From Kineosporiaceae bacterium (GTDB lineage: Bacteria > Actinomycetota > Actinomycetes > Actinomycetales > Kineosporiaceae): a stretch of 46,860 bases of DNA. Below the pieces are notes generated by a model. It did not search any database. It was not told the DNA's origin and worked only from the letters and a program-made list of their open reading frames with translations. Below, piece by piece: positions 25,379 to 35,215 of this stretch; the stretch's first letter is position 1; every line of letters starts with the position of its first letter. The stretch covers positions 1 to 46,860 of the forward strand of contig JBAPWU010000062.1 in assembly GCA_049283855.1 (NCBI GenBank). The letters are read 5' to 3'. The translations under genes and the position numbers were made by a program.

Positions 25379-26965
25379 TCATTGACCGAGGCCTCGCTGA
25401 TAGAGATCGACGGTCAGGGACACGAACTGGTGGTGGGCGACACGCGCGTAGCCGTCTTGCGGCAGGGTGAACTTGGCTGCGTCCGTGGGCGTGACGATGC
25501 TCGGTCCGAGCGCGTCGCTGTAGACCAGCCAGACGCGTGGAATCTGGTCGAGCCGTCGTGGAAGGTCCGCGGGGAGCACCTCGATGCCAGCCAGATTCTG
25601 CGCGGTGAGTGGATCGACCTCGAGCGCTACGTCGTCGAGTGCAGGTGCGTGTTGGGCATACCACGTGTCGATGGCGCGCAGAGTGTGCGGCGCATACAGC
25701 ACCGCATCGCCGGGTCGCGCCTCGGCGTCCAGCAACGCCACAGCTGCGCGGATGTCTTCGCCGTGACCAGCGGAAGGATCGCGGTAGTCCCGCTGAGCGG
25801 GAAGGCCCAGGGCTGCCACCAGCACCACCGTACCGGCCAGGGCCAGCGTCATGCTCGTTCGGGGACGCACGGAGCCTGGCGCCTTGCCCGCGGAACCCAT
25901 GGCAACGTCGCGGACCGCACCCGGCAGGGCTGCTACCCACAGCGCCAGGCCCGGCAGGCAATACACCAGGTAACGCACGTGCCAGAACGAGACGACCTGC
26001 GACAACAGCCACAAGGTCACCGCTGGTAACACCGCCCACGTCACTCCCAGAATCAGCGTCGCCGGCAGCGCCTCCACCGTCGCTCGGAGGTTCCAGCGTG
26101 CGCGCACCAGCCTGACCAGGACGACGACGACGGTCACCATCGCGATCAGCAGCGGCAGCGCCTTGGTGCCGAATGCGGAAATGTAGAAGCCGGTCAGGTC
26201 ATACACATGGGGACGAGTGGCCCACCTGACCTGCTCACGCTGCCCGAAGGCCCCTACCAGGTGCGGGCCGAGCACACCGACGGCCACCACGGTGACAGAC
26301 AGCCAACGGCCGATCGTGCCGCGCGCCCGACTCACCACGAACGCACCGTGGGCGACCAACAGCAGGAGGGCGAGCACGTTCACCGTACCGAGGAGCACCA
26401 CGGCGACCCCGTATCCCAACCACCACGGACCGGCCCTGCGCCCCTCGCTCGCACGCCACACCGCCGCCACGAGCAACGCCGTGGCCATGGCGCCCACCGC
26501 AGTGACGATGGCGAACGGCCGTGCTTCCTGGGCGTATCGAGAAGCGAGGGGGCTGACCGCAAGCACCAGGCCAGCGCTCACACCGGCCCCAGGCTCACCC
26601 AGACCCCGTCCCACATGCACCACGACGGCTGTCGCACCGGCCATCGCCACCACCGACATCAGGCGGATGGCCGTGACCGTGCCGGAGATCCCCAATACGA
26701 CGTGCGAGAGCAGATAGTAGGCCCGGTGCACAGCATCCACATGTCGAGTGAGCGCAATGATGTCGTGGACGCTGCGTCGAGCGATCGACAACGTGTCCAT
26801 CTCATCGCGCCACGGGCTCGGCGTGTTGACCCGCCAGACGTAGACCCCGGCAGCGGTCAGCCCCACCAGCAGCTCGGGCAGAGGAGACTTGAACCAGCCG
26901 AAGCCGCGCCCCACACGCGGGGTCCGGGACGCCATCCTGTCCACCCCTGAAATCCTCGACCTCAT
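25379..26965 (-). CDS. GT-C fold membrane glycosyltransferase (PMT_2/GT39-like mannosyltransferase-type)
   Basis: About 10 predicted TM helices, a W-R-DE-x-D-T motif after TM1 (SPWRDEMDTLSIARRS) and a soluble C-terminal domain. Start is 26965 or 26935. Confidence 0.65.
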   Translation of the reverse strand: MRSRISGVDRMASRTPRVGRGFGWFKSPLPELLVGLTAAGVYVWRVNTPSPWRDEMDTLSIARRSVHDIIALTRHVDAVHRAYYLLSHVVLGISGTVTAIRLMSVVAMAGATAVVVHVGRGLGEPGAGVSAGLVLAVSPLASRYAQEARPFAIVTAVGAMATALLVAAVWRASEGRRAGPWWLGYGVAVVLLGTVNVLALLLLVAHGAFVVSRARGTIGRWLSVTVVAVGVLGPHLVGAFGQREQVRWATRPHVYDLTGFYISAFGTKALPLLIAMVTVVVVLVRLVRARWNLRATVEALPATLILGVTWAVLPAVTLWLLSQVVSFWHVRYLVYCLPGLALWVAALPGAVRDVAMGSAGKAPGSVRPRTSMTLALAGTVVLVAALGLPAQRDYRDPSAGHGEDIRAAVALLDAEARPGDAVLYAPHTLRAIDTWYAQHAPALDDVALEVDPLTAQNLAGIEVLPADLPRRLDQIPRVWLVYSDALGPSIVTPTDAAKFTLPQDGYARVAHHQFVSLTVDLYQRGLGQ

Positions 26966-27351
26966 CGGGAGGCGTCTCGCTCGAACGGTGACGAGACGTG
27001 GTTCCCCGTCTGTTCGACCACGAAGGCCCCGGGTCCGTTGTCACCGTGACGGACGTCTGGCACGACGAAGATCATGTTCTACACTCCCTCAGCGGTTTCG
27101 ACCGGCACGCAGCCTGAGCCGGGGCCGACGAATGCAGGCATGAGCGATCGTGCCGAGCCACGACACCGACCCAACCGCGGTGTCGGAGTGCGACCGCCGC
27201 CGCGCGCACTGCCCGGCGATGAGGCACTCCCCCACAGTCCGTCGCTCCATCGTCACGACGTCAAGGACCGATGGCTCATCACCGGGGCGGCAGCCACAAG
27301 CCATTCGATGACGAAGTGACGTTCGAGCTCGCAGCGTCGGGTTGTCACTCA

Positions 27352-28353
27352 CTACCGCACCCCGGTCCCACGCTCACCCTCGCTCGCTGCAGCGGCTGCT
27401 TGGCCAGGTAGAGTGACTGCTTCAAGCGGATGATCGAACTGGAGTGTGAATGCTCTGGCGAGCAGGCTCACAGCGGTGAGCAGTGAGCAGACCAGGAGGG
27501 TCAATCCGATCAACTGCATGCTGTCCGACACGGCGGCCGCGGCTTTCAACGGCAACGAGTTCTCGCCGTACTGCTCCATCAGCTGGGACTTCACCGGCTC
27601 CATGAGAATCGCGCCGGTCACGTACACGACGCCACCCGGCATGAGCAGGCCACGCACTCTGGGGTGCATGGTGCGCAGGTTGCGGAGCAGGAACACCGAG
27701 GCAAGGGCGGCCATCGGTATGTAGACGATGGTCCACGCGTAGGCCAACGGACCACCGAGGTCGAAATGCTGGCGTAGCAGCTCGGCCAGCGACTGGTGAA
27801 GGTAGACCGTCTCGTCCATGAGCGCGAAGGCGGTACAGAAACCCAACAGCAACCAACCCGTGGCCGATCGGTCTGCCGCACGCCGCGCAGCTGTCCAACA
27901 GGCCGTCAGCAGCACCGTGGCTACCAGCAGCAAGAGCAGCTTCGCGCCGGTCGGGAAATTGACCTTGTAGTCGCCGTCGAAGAACCTCGTCAAGGTATAC
28001 GGCAGCACCCGCAGCGCGGCGCCGGCGCTGGCCACCCCGTCAGCCAGGACCAGGAGTCCGGTGAGACCCCATAAGGTCCGCTGGATCCGCCGCAACGGCA
28101 GGACGACCTGCACCGGGGCCCCCTGGACCAGCCGTTGCGACCGGGCACCCGAACGGCGGCCTGGTAACGGTCCGCGGACACCGCCGGGCTCCTGCCCGTA
28201 CGGGCTCGGCGGCGGATCACCTGGACGAACAGGCTCCGCGATTCCCACCGGGTCACTCATGGCCGTGCCATGCCGCGCCGCCGGCCGCGTGCGCCCCACA
28301 CGCTGACCTGCGCCCTCCTGAGGCGCGGGCTCGGATCCCGAGTCGAAGACCAT
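27352..28353 (-). CDS. polytopic membrane protein, unknown function, with a Pro-rich cytoplasmic N-terminus
   Basis: ATG at 28353 preceded by GGGAGGGGGG. 6-7 hydrophobic helices. Confidence 0.6.
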   Translation of the reverse strand: MVFDSGSEPAPQEGAGQRVGRTRPAARHGTAMSDPVGIAEPVRPGDPPPSPYGQEPGGVRGPLPGRRSGARSQRLVQGAPVQVVLPLRRIQRTLWGLTGLLVLADGVASAGAALRVLPYTLTRFFDGDYKVNFPTGAKLLLLLVATVLLTACWTAARRAADRSATGWLLLGFCTAFALMDETVYLHQSLAELLRQHFDLGGPLAYAWTIVYIPMAALASVFLLRNLRTMHPRVRGLLMPGGVVYVTGAILMEPVKSQLMEQYGENSLPLKAAAAVSDSMQLIGLTLLVCSLLTAVSLLARAFTLQFDHPLEAVTLPGQAAAAASEGERGTGVR

Positions 28354-28441
28354 CAGACCCCCCCTCCCGATCACTAATTGGTTATGGACGGACACCCTAC
28401 GACGGGTTAACGCTCTGTGGCAGCGATCTCCGTTCGATCAG

Positions 28442-28790
28442 TCACCACACGTCTACCCGGAGCCGCACATCGCGGCCGCACCGGCGGGCCCCCTGGGTAG
28501 GGACCGGATCGGCTGAGCAGACACGGCAGCATGAGCACCGGAGGCCGGGACGCCACCGGACGAAGTCGTGCCGCGGGTAGAAGGCGTGCGCTGCGTCGTC
28601 GATCGCATCGACGACGATCAATCGGCCATCACGGATATGGGCGACGTCACGATCCGCTCCACGGCATCGACGAGCAGCTCTCTGCCCAGCCCTGCCGTCG
28701 AACGTCGAGGGCCAACCGGGCGAGCAGGCGCCCCAGACGCGGCGCCTCGTAGGCCGTGTCCAGGAGCGCACCCCTCACCCCGACCAGATC
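28442..28790 (-). pseudogene. frameshifted 3' remnant of a GNAT acetyltransferase (TA-toxin-like)
   Basis: Three frames joined read ...RLGRLLARLALDVRRQG / GLGRELLVDAVERIV... / RLIVVDAIDDAAHAFYPRHDF. This is the acetyl-CoA-binding core pattern (Q-G-x-G-L-G, then VDA.D..A..FY...GF). Confidence 0.45.
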
Positions 28791-28810
28791 ACGGGTCGTA
28801 GGGTGGGGCG

Positions 28811-30244
28811 GTGAGGTGGTGGCGCCGGTACGGCGGTGTCCGTGTGCGGTCCACCGTGGCGGCGGCCAGTGTGGTCGGGATCGCGCTGGTGATGGGGCTG
28901 CTCGCGGGGTGGTGGCTGCTTCGGCGCTCTCTGACGACCGCGGCGATCGACGCCGTCTCCGGCAGGAGTCAGGAAGTCGCCTCGCTCATCGCCAGCCAGG
29001 GCATCCGTGCGTTGGACCCGGATCGGCAGCCGGTCTTCGGAGAGGTCATCCAGGTGATGACCCCGGGATCGTTGGTGCTGAGCGCGGCACCGCCCTCGGC
29101 GCGGCGACTGCAGTTGAGGTTCACCGCGCCGACCGCCGGACATGCCACGGTAACCGAGGTCCCGGCGTTGCCGCAGTCGGGGGCCGACGAGCCGTACATC
29201 CTGGTCGCGCGGACGGTGCGCGACGGGCAGAGCGGGCAGCAGGTCGTGGTCGTAGTGGGGCGCAGCGTGGCCGGGCTGGCCGAGACCGCCGGTGCTGTGG
29301 GCCAGTTGACGGTGGTCGGCCTGCCGCTGCTGGTGTTCGTGACCGGGGCAGCGACGTATCTGTTCACCGGACGGGCGTTGCGGCCGGTGGAAGCGATCCG
29401 GCTACGGGTGCGGGAGATCTCCTCGCGTGGGCTGGCAGAGAGGGTGCCGGTTCCTGACGTCCGGGACGAGATCGGGCTCTTGGCCGAGACGATGAACGAG
29501 ATGCTGGCGCGCCTGCAGTCGGCCCATGAGGCGCAGCGGCGGTTCGTCGCCGATGCCGGCCATGAGTTGCGCAGCCCCCTGTCGACAATCCTGGTTGCGC
29601 TCGACGTCGCGCGCCAGGAGGCGAGTGCCGGATCATCCATGGATGGCCGGGTGCTGGACGACGTGGGTGCGGAATCGGCCCGGATGAGCCGGCTGGTCGA
29701 CGACCTGCTGCTGTTGGCACGTGCGGACGAGAGTGGTCTACGCATGAGGGCGGACGATGTGGACCTGGACGACCTGCTCGAGTCCGAGGCGCGCCGCCTC
29801 GCGGCGGACGGCACACGGCACGTGTCGTATGACACCGAGCCCGTCCGAGTTCTGGGGGACCGCGATCGGTTAGTGCAGGTGGTGCGCAATCTGACGGACA
29901 ACGCCGCGCGGCATGCACGTTCACAGATCCACCTGTCCGTCCGTTCCCGGCTGGGCTCGGCGGAGCTGCGCGTGGAGGATGACGGTCTGGGGATCCCCGC
30001 CCCTGACCGCGCGCGCGTCTTCGACCGATTCGTGCGTCTGGACGCTTCGCGACAGCGGGGTAGCGGCGAGTCCGGGCTCGGCTTGTCGATCGTCCGCGAA
30101 ATCGTGTCAGGACATGGTGGCCAGGTCGGTGTGGAGGTGAGCCGGTGGGGCGGCGTAGCGGCGGTCGTCCGGCTGCCGCTGCCCACGGCGGCGCCGGGGG
30201 CGGTCGCCGCGCACGGTCACCCGGCGTCGGGGTCCAGCCGGTAG
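28811..30244 (+). CDS. sensor histidine kinase (2 TM, HAMP, HisKA, HATPase_c)
   Basis: H-box AGHELRSPLSTI. N/G boxes (VRNLTDNAARHA, DDGLGIP, GLGLSIV). Confidence 0.9.
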   Translation: MRWWRRYGGVRVRSTVAAASVVGIALVMGLLAGWWLLRRSLTTAAIDAVSGRSQEVASLIASQGIRALDPDRQPVFGEVIQVMTPGSLVLSAAPPSARRLQLRFTAPTAGHATVTEVPALPQSGADEPYILVARTVRDGQSGQQVVVVVGRSVAGLAETAGAVGQLTVVGLPLLVFVTGAATYLFTGRALRPVEAIRLRVREISSRGLAERVPVPDVRDEIGLLAETMNEMLARLQSAHEAQRRFVADAGHELRSPLSTILVALDVARQEASAGSSMDGRVLDDVGAESARMSRLVDDLLLLARADESGLRMRADDVDLDDLLESEARRLAADGTRHVSYDTEPVRVLGDRDRLVQVVRNLTDNAARHARSQIHLSVRSRLGSAELRVEDDGLGIPAPDRARVFDRFVRLDASRQRGSGESGLGLSIVREIVSGHGGQVGVEVSRWGGVAAVVRLPLPTAAPGAVAAHGHPASGSSR

Positions 30245-30897
30245 CCGATGCCGCGCAGGGTCACGATCGAGTGGCGCGCGAACGGTGCGTCGATCTTCTT
30301 GCGCAGATAGCCGATGTAGACCTCCACGACGTTCGGATCACCGATGTACGGAGCTTCCCACACTGTGTCGAGGATCTCGCGTTTGGAGATGGCTTGCCCC
30401 TGACGGCGCAGGAGGTAGTCCAGCAGTTCGAACTCCCGCGGCGTGACGGCGATCTCGGCTTCGCCGCGGAAGACCTGTTTGGACACGGGGTCGAGCCGTA
30501 GGTCGCCGGCGGTGAGGTGGGCGCGCTGTTCGGGGGCGGACCTGCGGATGAGCGCCTTGAGGCGGGCCACCAGCACGACAAGGCTGAAAGGCTTGGTGAG
30601 GTAGTCGTCGGCGCCCAGGTCGAGCGCGTCCGCTTGGTCGTGTTCGCCGTCCTTGGCGGTGAGCATGAGGATCGGTGTCCACACTCCCTGGTCACGCAGT
30701 CGGCGCACGACCTCGTAGCCGTCCACACCGGGCAGCATGATGTCGCAGACGATGACCTCGTAGGGGCTCTCCAGCGCCGCCCACAAGCCGTCAGTGCCCG
30801 TGCCGGCCACATCGACGGTGAAGCCGGCGCCGAACAGGCCACGTTGGACCTGGTGCGCGAGACGGTCTTCATCTTCGATCAGGAGAACCCGCATCAT
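30217..30897 (-). CDS. OmpR/PhoB-type response regulator
   Basis: MRVLLIEDE...DIMLPGVDG...LMLTAKD receiver domain plus a winged-helix output domain (REFELLDYLL...LRGIGYRL). Confidence 0.92.
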   Translation of the reverse strand: MMRVLLIEDEDRLAHQVQRGLFGAGFTVDVAGTGTDGLWAALESPYEVIVCDIMLPGVDGYEVVRRLRDQGVWTPILMLTAKDGEHDQADALDLGADDYLTKPFSLVVLVARLKALIRRSAPEQRAHLTAGDLRLDPVSKQVFRGEAEIAVTPREFELLDYLLRRQGQAISKREILDTVWEAPYIGDPNVVEVYIGYLRKKIDAPFARHSIVTLRGIGYRLDPDAG

Positions 30898-31038
30898 CGT
30901 CTCTGCGCTCTCAGCGTCGTCTCAGCCGCGCCCCGGTAGCGTCCAGGACCGACGGGTCGCCCATGCGGCCTGTCCCTGACACCGGCTGGGCCGGCCGGAT
31001 GGTGCACTGCGCGACCCTACCAACCCCGGAGATCATGA

Positions 31039-32373
31039 ATGGCGACCGCCCTCGACACGCTAGACCCCACTCGGAAGCGACTCACGAAGGTCCCCGCGAT
31101 CACCGCCACGTTCTGGGTGATCAAGATCTTGTCGACGACGATCGGGGAGACGTTCGCGGACTACCTGAGCGTCAACGTCGGGCTCGGCCCGCTAGTCACG
31201 GACGGCATCGTCCTGGCAGCGCTGACGTTCGCGTTGATCAGGCAGATCCGGGCCGACCGCTACACGCCGTGGATCTACTGGCTGACCGTCGTCCTGGTCA
31301 GCATCTTCGGCACCCAGGTCACCGACTTCCTCACCGACACCCTCGGTGTCAGCCTCTACGTCAGTACCACGGTGTTCACGGTGCTCCTGGCCGTCGTGTT
31401 CTTCATCTGGCACCGACAGGAGATGACCCTGTCGATCACCTCTATCAACACTCCACGCCGTGAGGCGTTCTACTGGGGCGCCATCCTGACCACCTTCGCG
31501 CTGGGTACCGCAGCCGGGGACCTGGCCACTGAAGCGCTGAACCTCGGTTTCCGTAACGGGGTGCTGATCTTCGGCGCCCTGTACCTGGCCGCGTTGGCGT
31601 TATCCGGGGTCCGGGTATTGCAGGTGCTCTCGTTCTGGGTCGCCTACATCCTCACCCGACCCCTCGGCGCCTCGCTCGGTGACCTGCTCACCCAGGACCG
31701 CCAGTACGGCGGCCTCGCCCTGGGCGCAACCCTGACCAGCGTGCTGTTCTTCACGGTGATCGTGGTGCTGGTCGCCCGTGAACAGGTGCTCGCCCACCGC
31801 TCAGGCATCGCCGAGAAGGGCGCCACCCCGCTCGGCGGTCGCCGCAGCGACCGGCTCTGGGCAGCCGCCGGAGCGATCGCGGTCGTCGGGTTCGGAGCTT
31901 GGTTCACGACCAACGCGGCCGCCGACACCACCACGACCACCGCCCCCGCTTCCGCGGCCAGCCCCGGCGCGGCCACATCGGCACTGCCCACGCCGCACCT
32001 CTCGCCCAGCGCGGGCTCCGATGCTGGTCCCAGCGCCCAGCCCACCGCTCCGGCAGCCGTTCACGCCAGGGGGCCGGTGTCCAAGCTGGGGAACCTGACC
32101 TCGTTCAGCACGATCGTCGCCGATGTCACCGCCAAGACCGCCGCGGGTGACCTGACTGCCGCCACGACCCGCGTCAAGGACCTCGAAGTAGCCTGGGACG
32201 GCGCCGAGGCGGGCCTGAAACCCCGCTCCCCCAATGACTGGCACGCGATCGACGACGACATCGACGCCGTCCTGACCGCCCTCCGCGCAAGCCAACCCAC
32301 GCAGGCCGACAGCCTGGCCGCCCTGCACGCACTGCAGTCCACCCTGAACACCCTCCAAGGTCTGCGGTCATGA
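31039..32373 (+). CDS. COG4705-like polytopic membrane protein with an extra C-terminal extracytoplasmic helical domain
   Basis: KVPAITATFWVIKILSTTIGETFADYL...TRPLGASLGDLL. After the last TM comes a Thr/Ala/Pro linker and a helical domain of about 100 aa. Confidence 0.7.
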   Translation: MATALDTLDPTRKRLTKVPAITATFWVIKILSTTIGETFADYLSVNVGLGPLVTDGIVLAALTFALIRQIRADRYTPWIYWLTVVLVSIFGTQVTDFLTDTLGVSLYVSTTVFTVLLAVVFFIWHRQEMTLSITSINTPRREAFYWGAILTTFALGTAAGDLATEALNLGFRNGVLIFGALYLAALALSGVRVLQVLSFWVAYILTRPLGASLGDLLTQDRQYGGLALGATLTSVLFFTVIVVLVAREQVLAHRSGIAEKGATPLGGRRSDRLWAAAGAIAVVGFGAWFTTNAAADTTTTTAPASAASPGAATSALPTPHLSPSAGSDAGPSAQPTAPAAVHARGPVSKLGNLTSFSTIVADVTAKTAAGDLTAATTRVKDLEVAWDGAEAGLKPRSPNDWHAIDDDIDAVLTALRASQPTQADSLAALHALQSTLNTLQGLRS

Positions 32374-33197
32374 CGACGAGCACCCCAAGTGCCGCCGGGC
32401 ACAGCGTGTGGCCGGAGCCGACAGCGATGAAGGTCCCCCAGATCACGGTCACGTTCTGGGTGATCAAGGTCTTGACGACCGGCACCGGAGAAGCCGCCTC
32501 GGACTATCTCGCCGCACACAACCTCCGTATCGCGGCCACCCTTGGCCTGCTCGGGCTTCTCGTCGGGCTCGCGTTCCAGCTACGAACGCGGACCTACCAG
32601 CCCTGGGCGTACTGGCTGGCCGTCTCGATGGTGGCCGTGTTCGGCACTATGGCCGCCGACGCGCTCCACGTCATCGCCGGGATCCCGTACACCGTCACCA
32701 GCATCGCCTACGCCCTCGCCGTGGCTGCCGTGTTCGGCGTCTGGCACCGCTCCGAGGGAACCCTCGACATCCACAGCATCATCACTCGCCGCCGCGAGGG
32801 GCTCTACTGGACCGCGGTCCTGGTCACCTTCGCGCTCGGCACCGCGGTCGGTGACCTGTCAGCCATCAGCGCCGACCTAGGCTACCTCGCGTCGGCCCTC
32901 CTGTATGCAGGCATGATCGCCGTACCCTTCCTGGCCTGGCGGCTCGGCGCCAACCCGGTCCTGACGTTCTGGGCGGCCTACGTCCTGACCAGACCCCTCG
33001 GGGCGTCGGTCGCGGACTGGCTCGGCAAGCCCGCCGACCGCTCCGGCCTCGGCCTGGGCGACCTGCCCGTGACCGTCGTAGCCACTGCAATGATCATCAC
33101 CCTGGTGGGCTGGACCGCTCGGCCGCAATGGGAAGCTGCGCTGCCGCAGCGCCACGATCCTGCTCGAGTCGATGCCCGTGACCGCGCAACGTGGTGA
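32370..33197 (+). CDS. COG4705-like polytopic membrane protein (paralog of the upstream gene)
   Basis: KVPQITVTFWVIKVLTTGTGEAASDYL...TRPLGASVADWL. The ATGA overlap with the upstream stop indicates translational coupling. Confidence 0.7.
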   Translation: MTTSTPSAAGHSVWPEPTAMKVPQITVTFWVIKVLTTGTGEAASDYLAAHNLRIAATLGLLGLLVGLAFQLRTRTYQPWAYWLAVSMVAVFGTMAADALHVIAGIPYTVTSIAYALAVAAVFGVWHRSEGTLDIHSIITRRREGLYWTAVLVTFALGTAVGDLSAISADLGYLASALLYAGMIAVPFLAWRLGANPVLTFWAAYVLTRPLGASVADWLGKPADRSGLGLGDLPVTVVATAMIITLVGWTARPQWEAALPQRHDPARVDARDRATW

Positions 33198-33742
33198 TCA
33201 TCGGCGTCTGGTCTGTGGGTGAATCGCTGCTCCGCTGCCACCTCAACAGAGGTGGCGGGGCGTGGCCAGTCGGTGTGCAACCGCTCGCACGCGCCTCCCG
33301 CGCGGAGTAGGGCCAAGCAGGAGCTGCGGATCTCGGATCCGTTGGTCCAGGCCGTGCAGGTGCCCCAAAACGAGCTGTCGGCGGTCGATGTCGACAGGGC
33401 GTAGATCGTTGCCTCGCTCAGCTCCAGGGTCCGAGGCAACGGGTTCGGAGCGTAGAACCAGAACGCCCAACGGTCACCGGGCCAGGGCATCGCCTGGCCG
33501 AACACGGCATCCGCATAGAGACGAGGGTCCATACACAGGGAGTAGCGGGGGTTGTCTGGGCTGTTGAGCCCGTCATTGGATGATGTGTTGGAGAGTTCTC
33601 GCAGCCTCAGAGCCTGAACCGTGTCGGCGACCATCGCGCCGAGGTCGATCAGGGTCACGCGCGGGCGACCGAGACCTTCGGCGAGGAACTCCTCGACCCG
33701 CTCGGCTCCCGCGCGGCAAGTCCAGAAATCGCCCGCCGTCAT
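32978..33742 (-). CDS. hypothetical protein; true 3' end unclear
   Basis: ATG at 33742 with GGAGAGG upstream. Good GC3 for about 170 codons (MTAGDFWTCRAGAERVEEFL...). The ORF then runs about 220 bp antisense into the well-supported 32370-33197 gene, so the tail is probably not real. Confidence 0.3.
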   Translation of the reverse strand: MTAGDFWTCRAGAERVEEFLAEGLGRPRVTLIDLGAMVADTVQALRLRELSNTSSNDGLNSPDNPRYSLCMDPRLYADAVFGQAMPWPGDRWAFWFYAPNPLPRTLELSEATIYALSTSTADSSFWGTCTAWTNGSEIRSSCLALLRAGGACERLHTDWPRPATSVEVAAEQRFTHRPDADDHHVARSRASTRAGSWRCGSAASHCGRAVQPTRVMIIAVATTVTGRSPRPRPERSAGLPSQSATDAPRGLVRT

Positions 33743-33789
33743 CGACCTCTCCACGGCAAACCGGCGGCGCTTCCTCTCGGTGGCTGTGG

Positions 33790-34655
33790 TCAAGATCCCA
33801 CCTCGATGCGCACTGCGAGGATGTGTGAGCACGGTCCTCGACCGCCCTGGTAGCGCACGACCAGCGACAGGTGCATGCCGCACTCGTGCCGTCCAGGGTG
33901 ACCCAGTGGCGGCGTGTCCCGTCGCCCACGAGCCAGGAGTCCCCCTCATGGGTCACCGACCCGGCGGCAACCAGCCGGCGTCTGCACGCAGTCGAGGGTG
34001 ATCGCGTTCGACGGCGTCGGTGTCGAACGGGATCTCGCGGTGGAAGAACGCCGCGTCGCTGAGGTCGTAGCCGACCTTCCCGGAGGCTCCAGCTCAGCCA
34101 GCGCGGTGGTGACCCTGCGCTCGTCGAGCGATGTCTCCAGGGTGATCCAGGTGGGGTCGATGAGCGGCTCCCAGGACAGATGTTCGAGGACACCTGCGGC
34201 GTCCGCGGAGTCACGGGAACCGGACAGAGCCGTGAGCAACTGCCCCTCCCCCGAGAACCCACGGTATGGCTGCGGGCTGATGAGCAGAGTGATCCGCCCG
34301 CCGTCCACCTCCGCCACCCATCCGCTGGCACCGGAGTCGTGCGACCACACCGACAGCGTCGTGACGTGTCGCATGACCCGTCGGAGGCTGGTCAGCCGTG
34401 CGGTGCCCGCGAGCGTTGCGCAGTCCGGCAGACCGGGTGCGGTCGCCCGCAGCCCTCTCGGCCCGGGGCGACGCCGACTGTCGGTCCTGGTGCCCCGCGG
34501 GGAAGCCCGGCGAGAAGGGCCATGGCCGGACTCCCCGGCACCTCGACGATCTTGATCATGGCTTGGGCGATCGCCGGGACTTCGGCGAACCCACGGACCC
34601 AGCGATCGGGGAGGTCGACTCTGCCCTCCTGGAAAGTGAATGTGGGCGTCGACAC
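33790..34655 (-). pseudogene. SWIM zinc-finger family protein remnant with several frameshifts
   Basis: Joined frames read STPTFTFQEGRVDLPDRWVRGFAEV... / ...ITLLISPQPYRGFSGEGQLL...LAELEPPG / KVGYDLSDAAFFHREIPFDTDAV... / SVTHEGDSWLVGDGTRRHWVTLDGTSAACTCRW / VVRYQGGRGPCSHILAVRIEVGS-stop. CxC...CxH is the SWIM signature. Confidence 0.45.
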
Positions 34656-34672
34656 GCGCAGCGCTTCCGGCC

Positions 34673-35215
34673 CTACGCCCCGATGTATGAGCGCGCTGTC
34701 CGGGCGAGCGCGGCACCGTCACTATCCGCCGCCAGGAGCAGGAGTGGCTCGCGCACGCCGGACGAACACCGGGCCAACTCGGCCAGCAGGCGTGACTTCT
34801 GAGCCTTCTCAGGGCGAGCCAGGATGATCGTCCCGAGCTCCATCAGGTCGGCGGAGTCGAGACCGGCTGTGAGCGCCAGGTCGAGCAGGACGCCACATGA
34901 CGGGCCTTTGAAGCCTGCCCACGTGTGGAGCGCGTTCGCGACGTCCAGGGCCGAGCAGAACATGGTCGTGAGGTCGCGCGTCGCTGACAGGCAGTCGCTG
35001 AGCGTCGCCTCGGCATGCAGCAGGTAGGCCGGTCGCGCGCCGTCCCACCCACTCCCGGCCTCGCGCGATCAGGAGGTCAGCGCAGGCCGCGGCAGCCCGC
35101 TCGTTGTCACTCCAGAGGATAGCGTCGGCCCCACTGGCAGTTCCGACAGCAGGGATCCGAGAGCCTTCCAGTCGCCCTGTTCGACCAGCTGCTCCAGATC
35201 ACGGCATCCACGCCA
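34673..35215 (-). pseudogene. further frameshifted ORF fragments, possibly the 5' part of the same decayed gene
   Basis: Fragments DLEQLVEQGDWKALGSLLSELP / ILWSDNERAAAACADLLIARGREW / GARPAYLLHAEATLSDCLSATRDLTTMFCSALDVANALHTW...ARTARSYIGA lie in three different frames. Confidence 0.25.
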
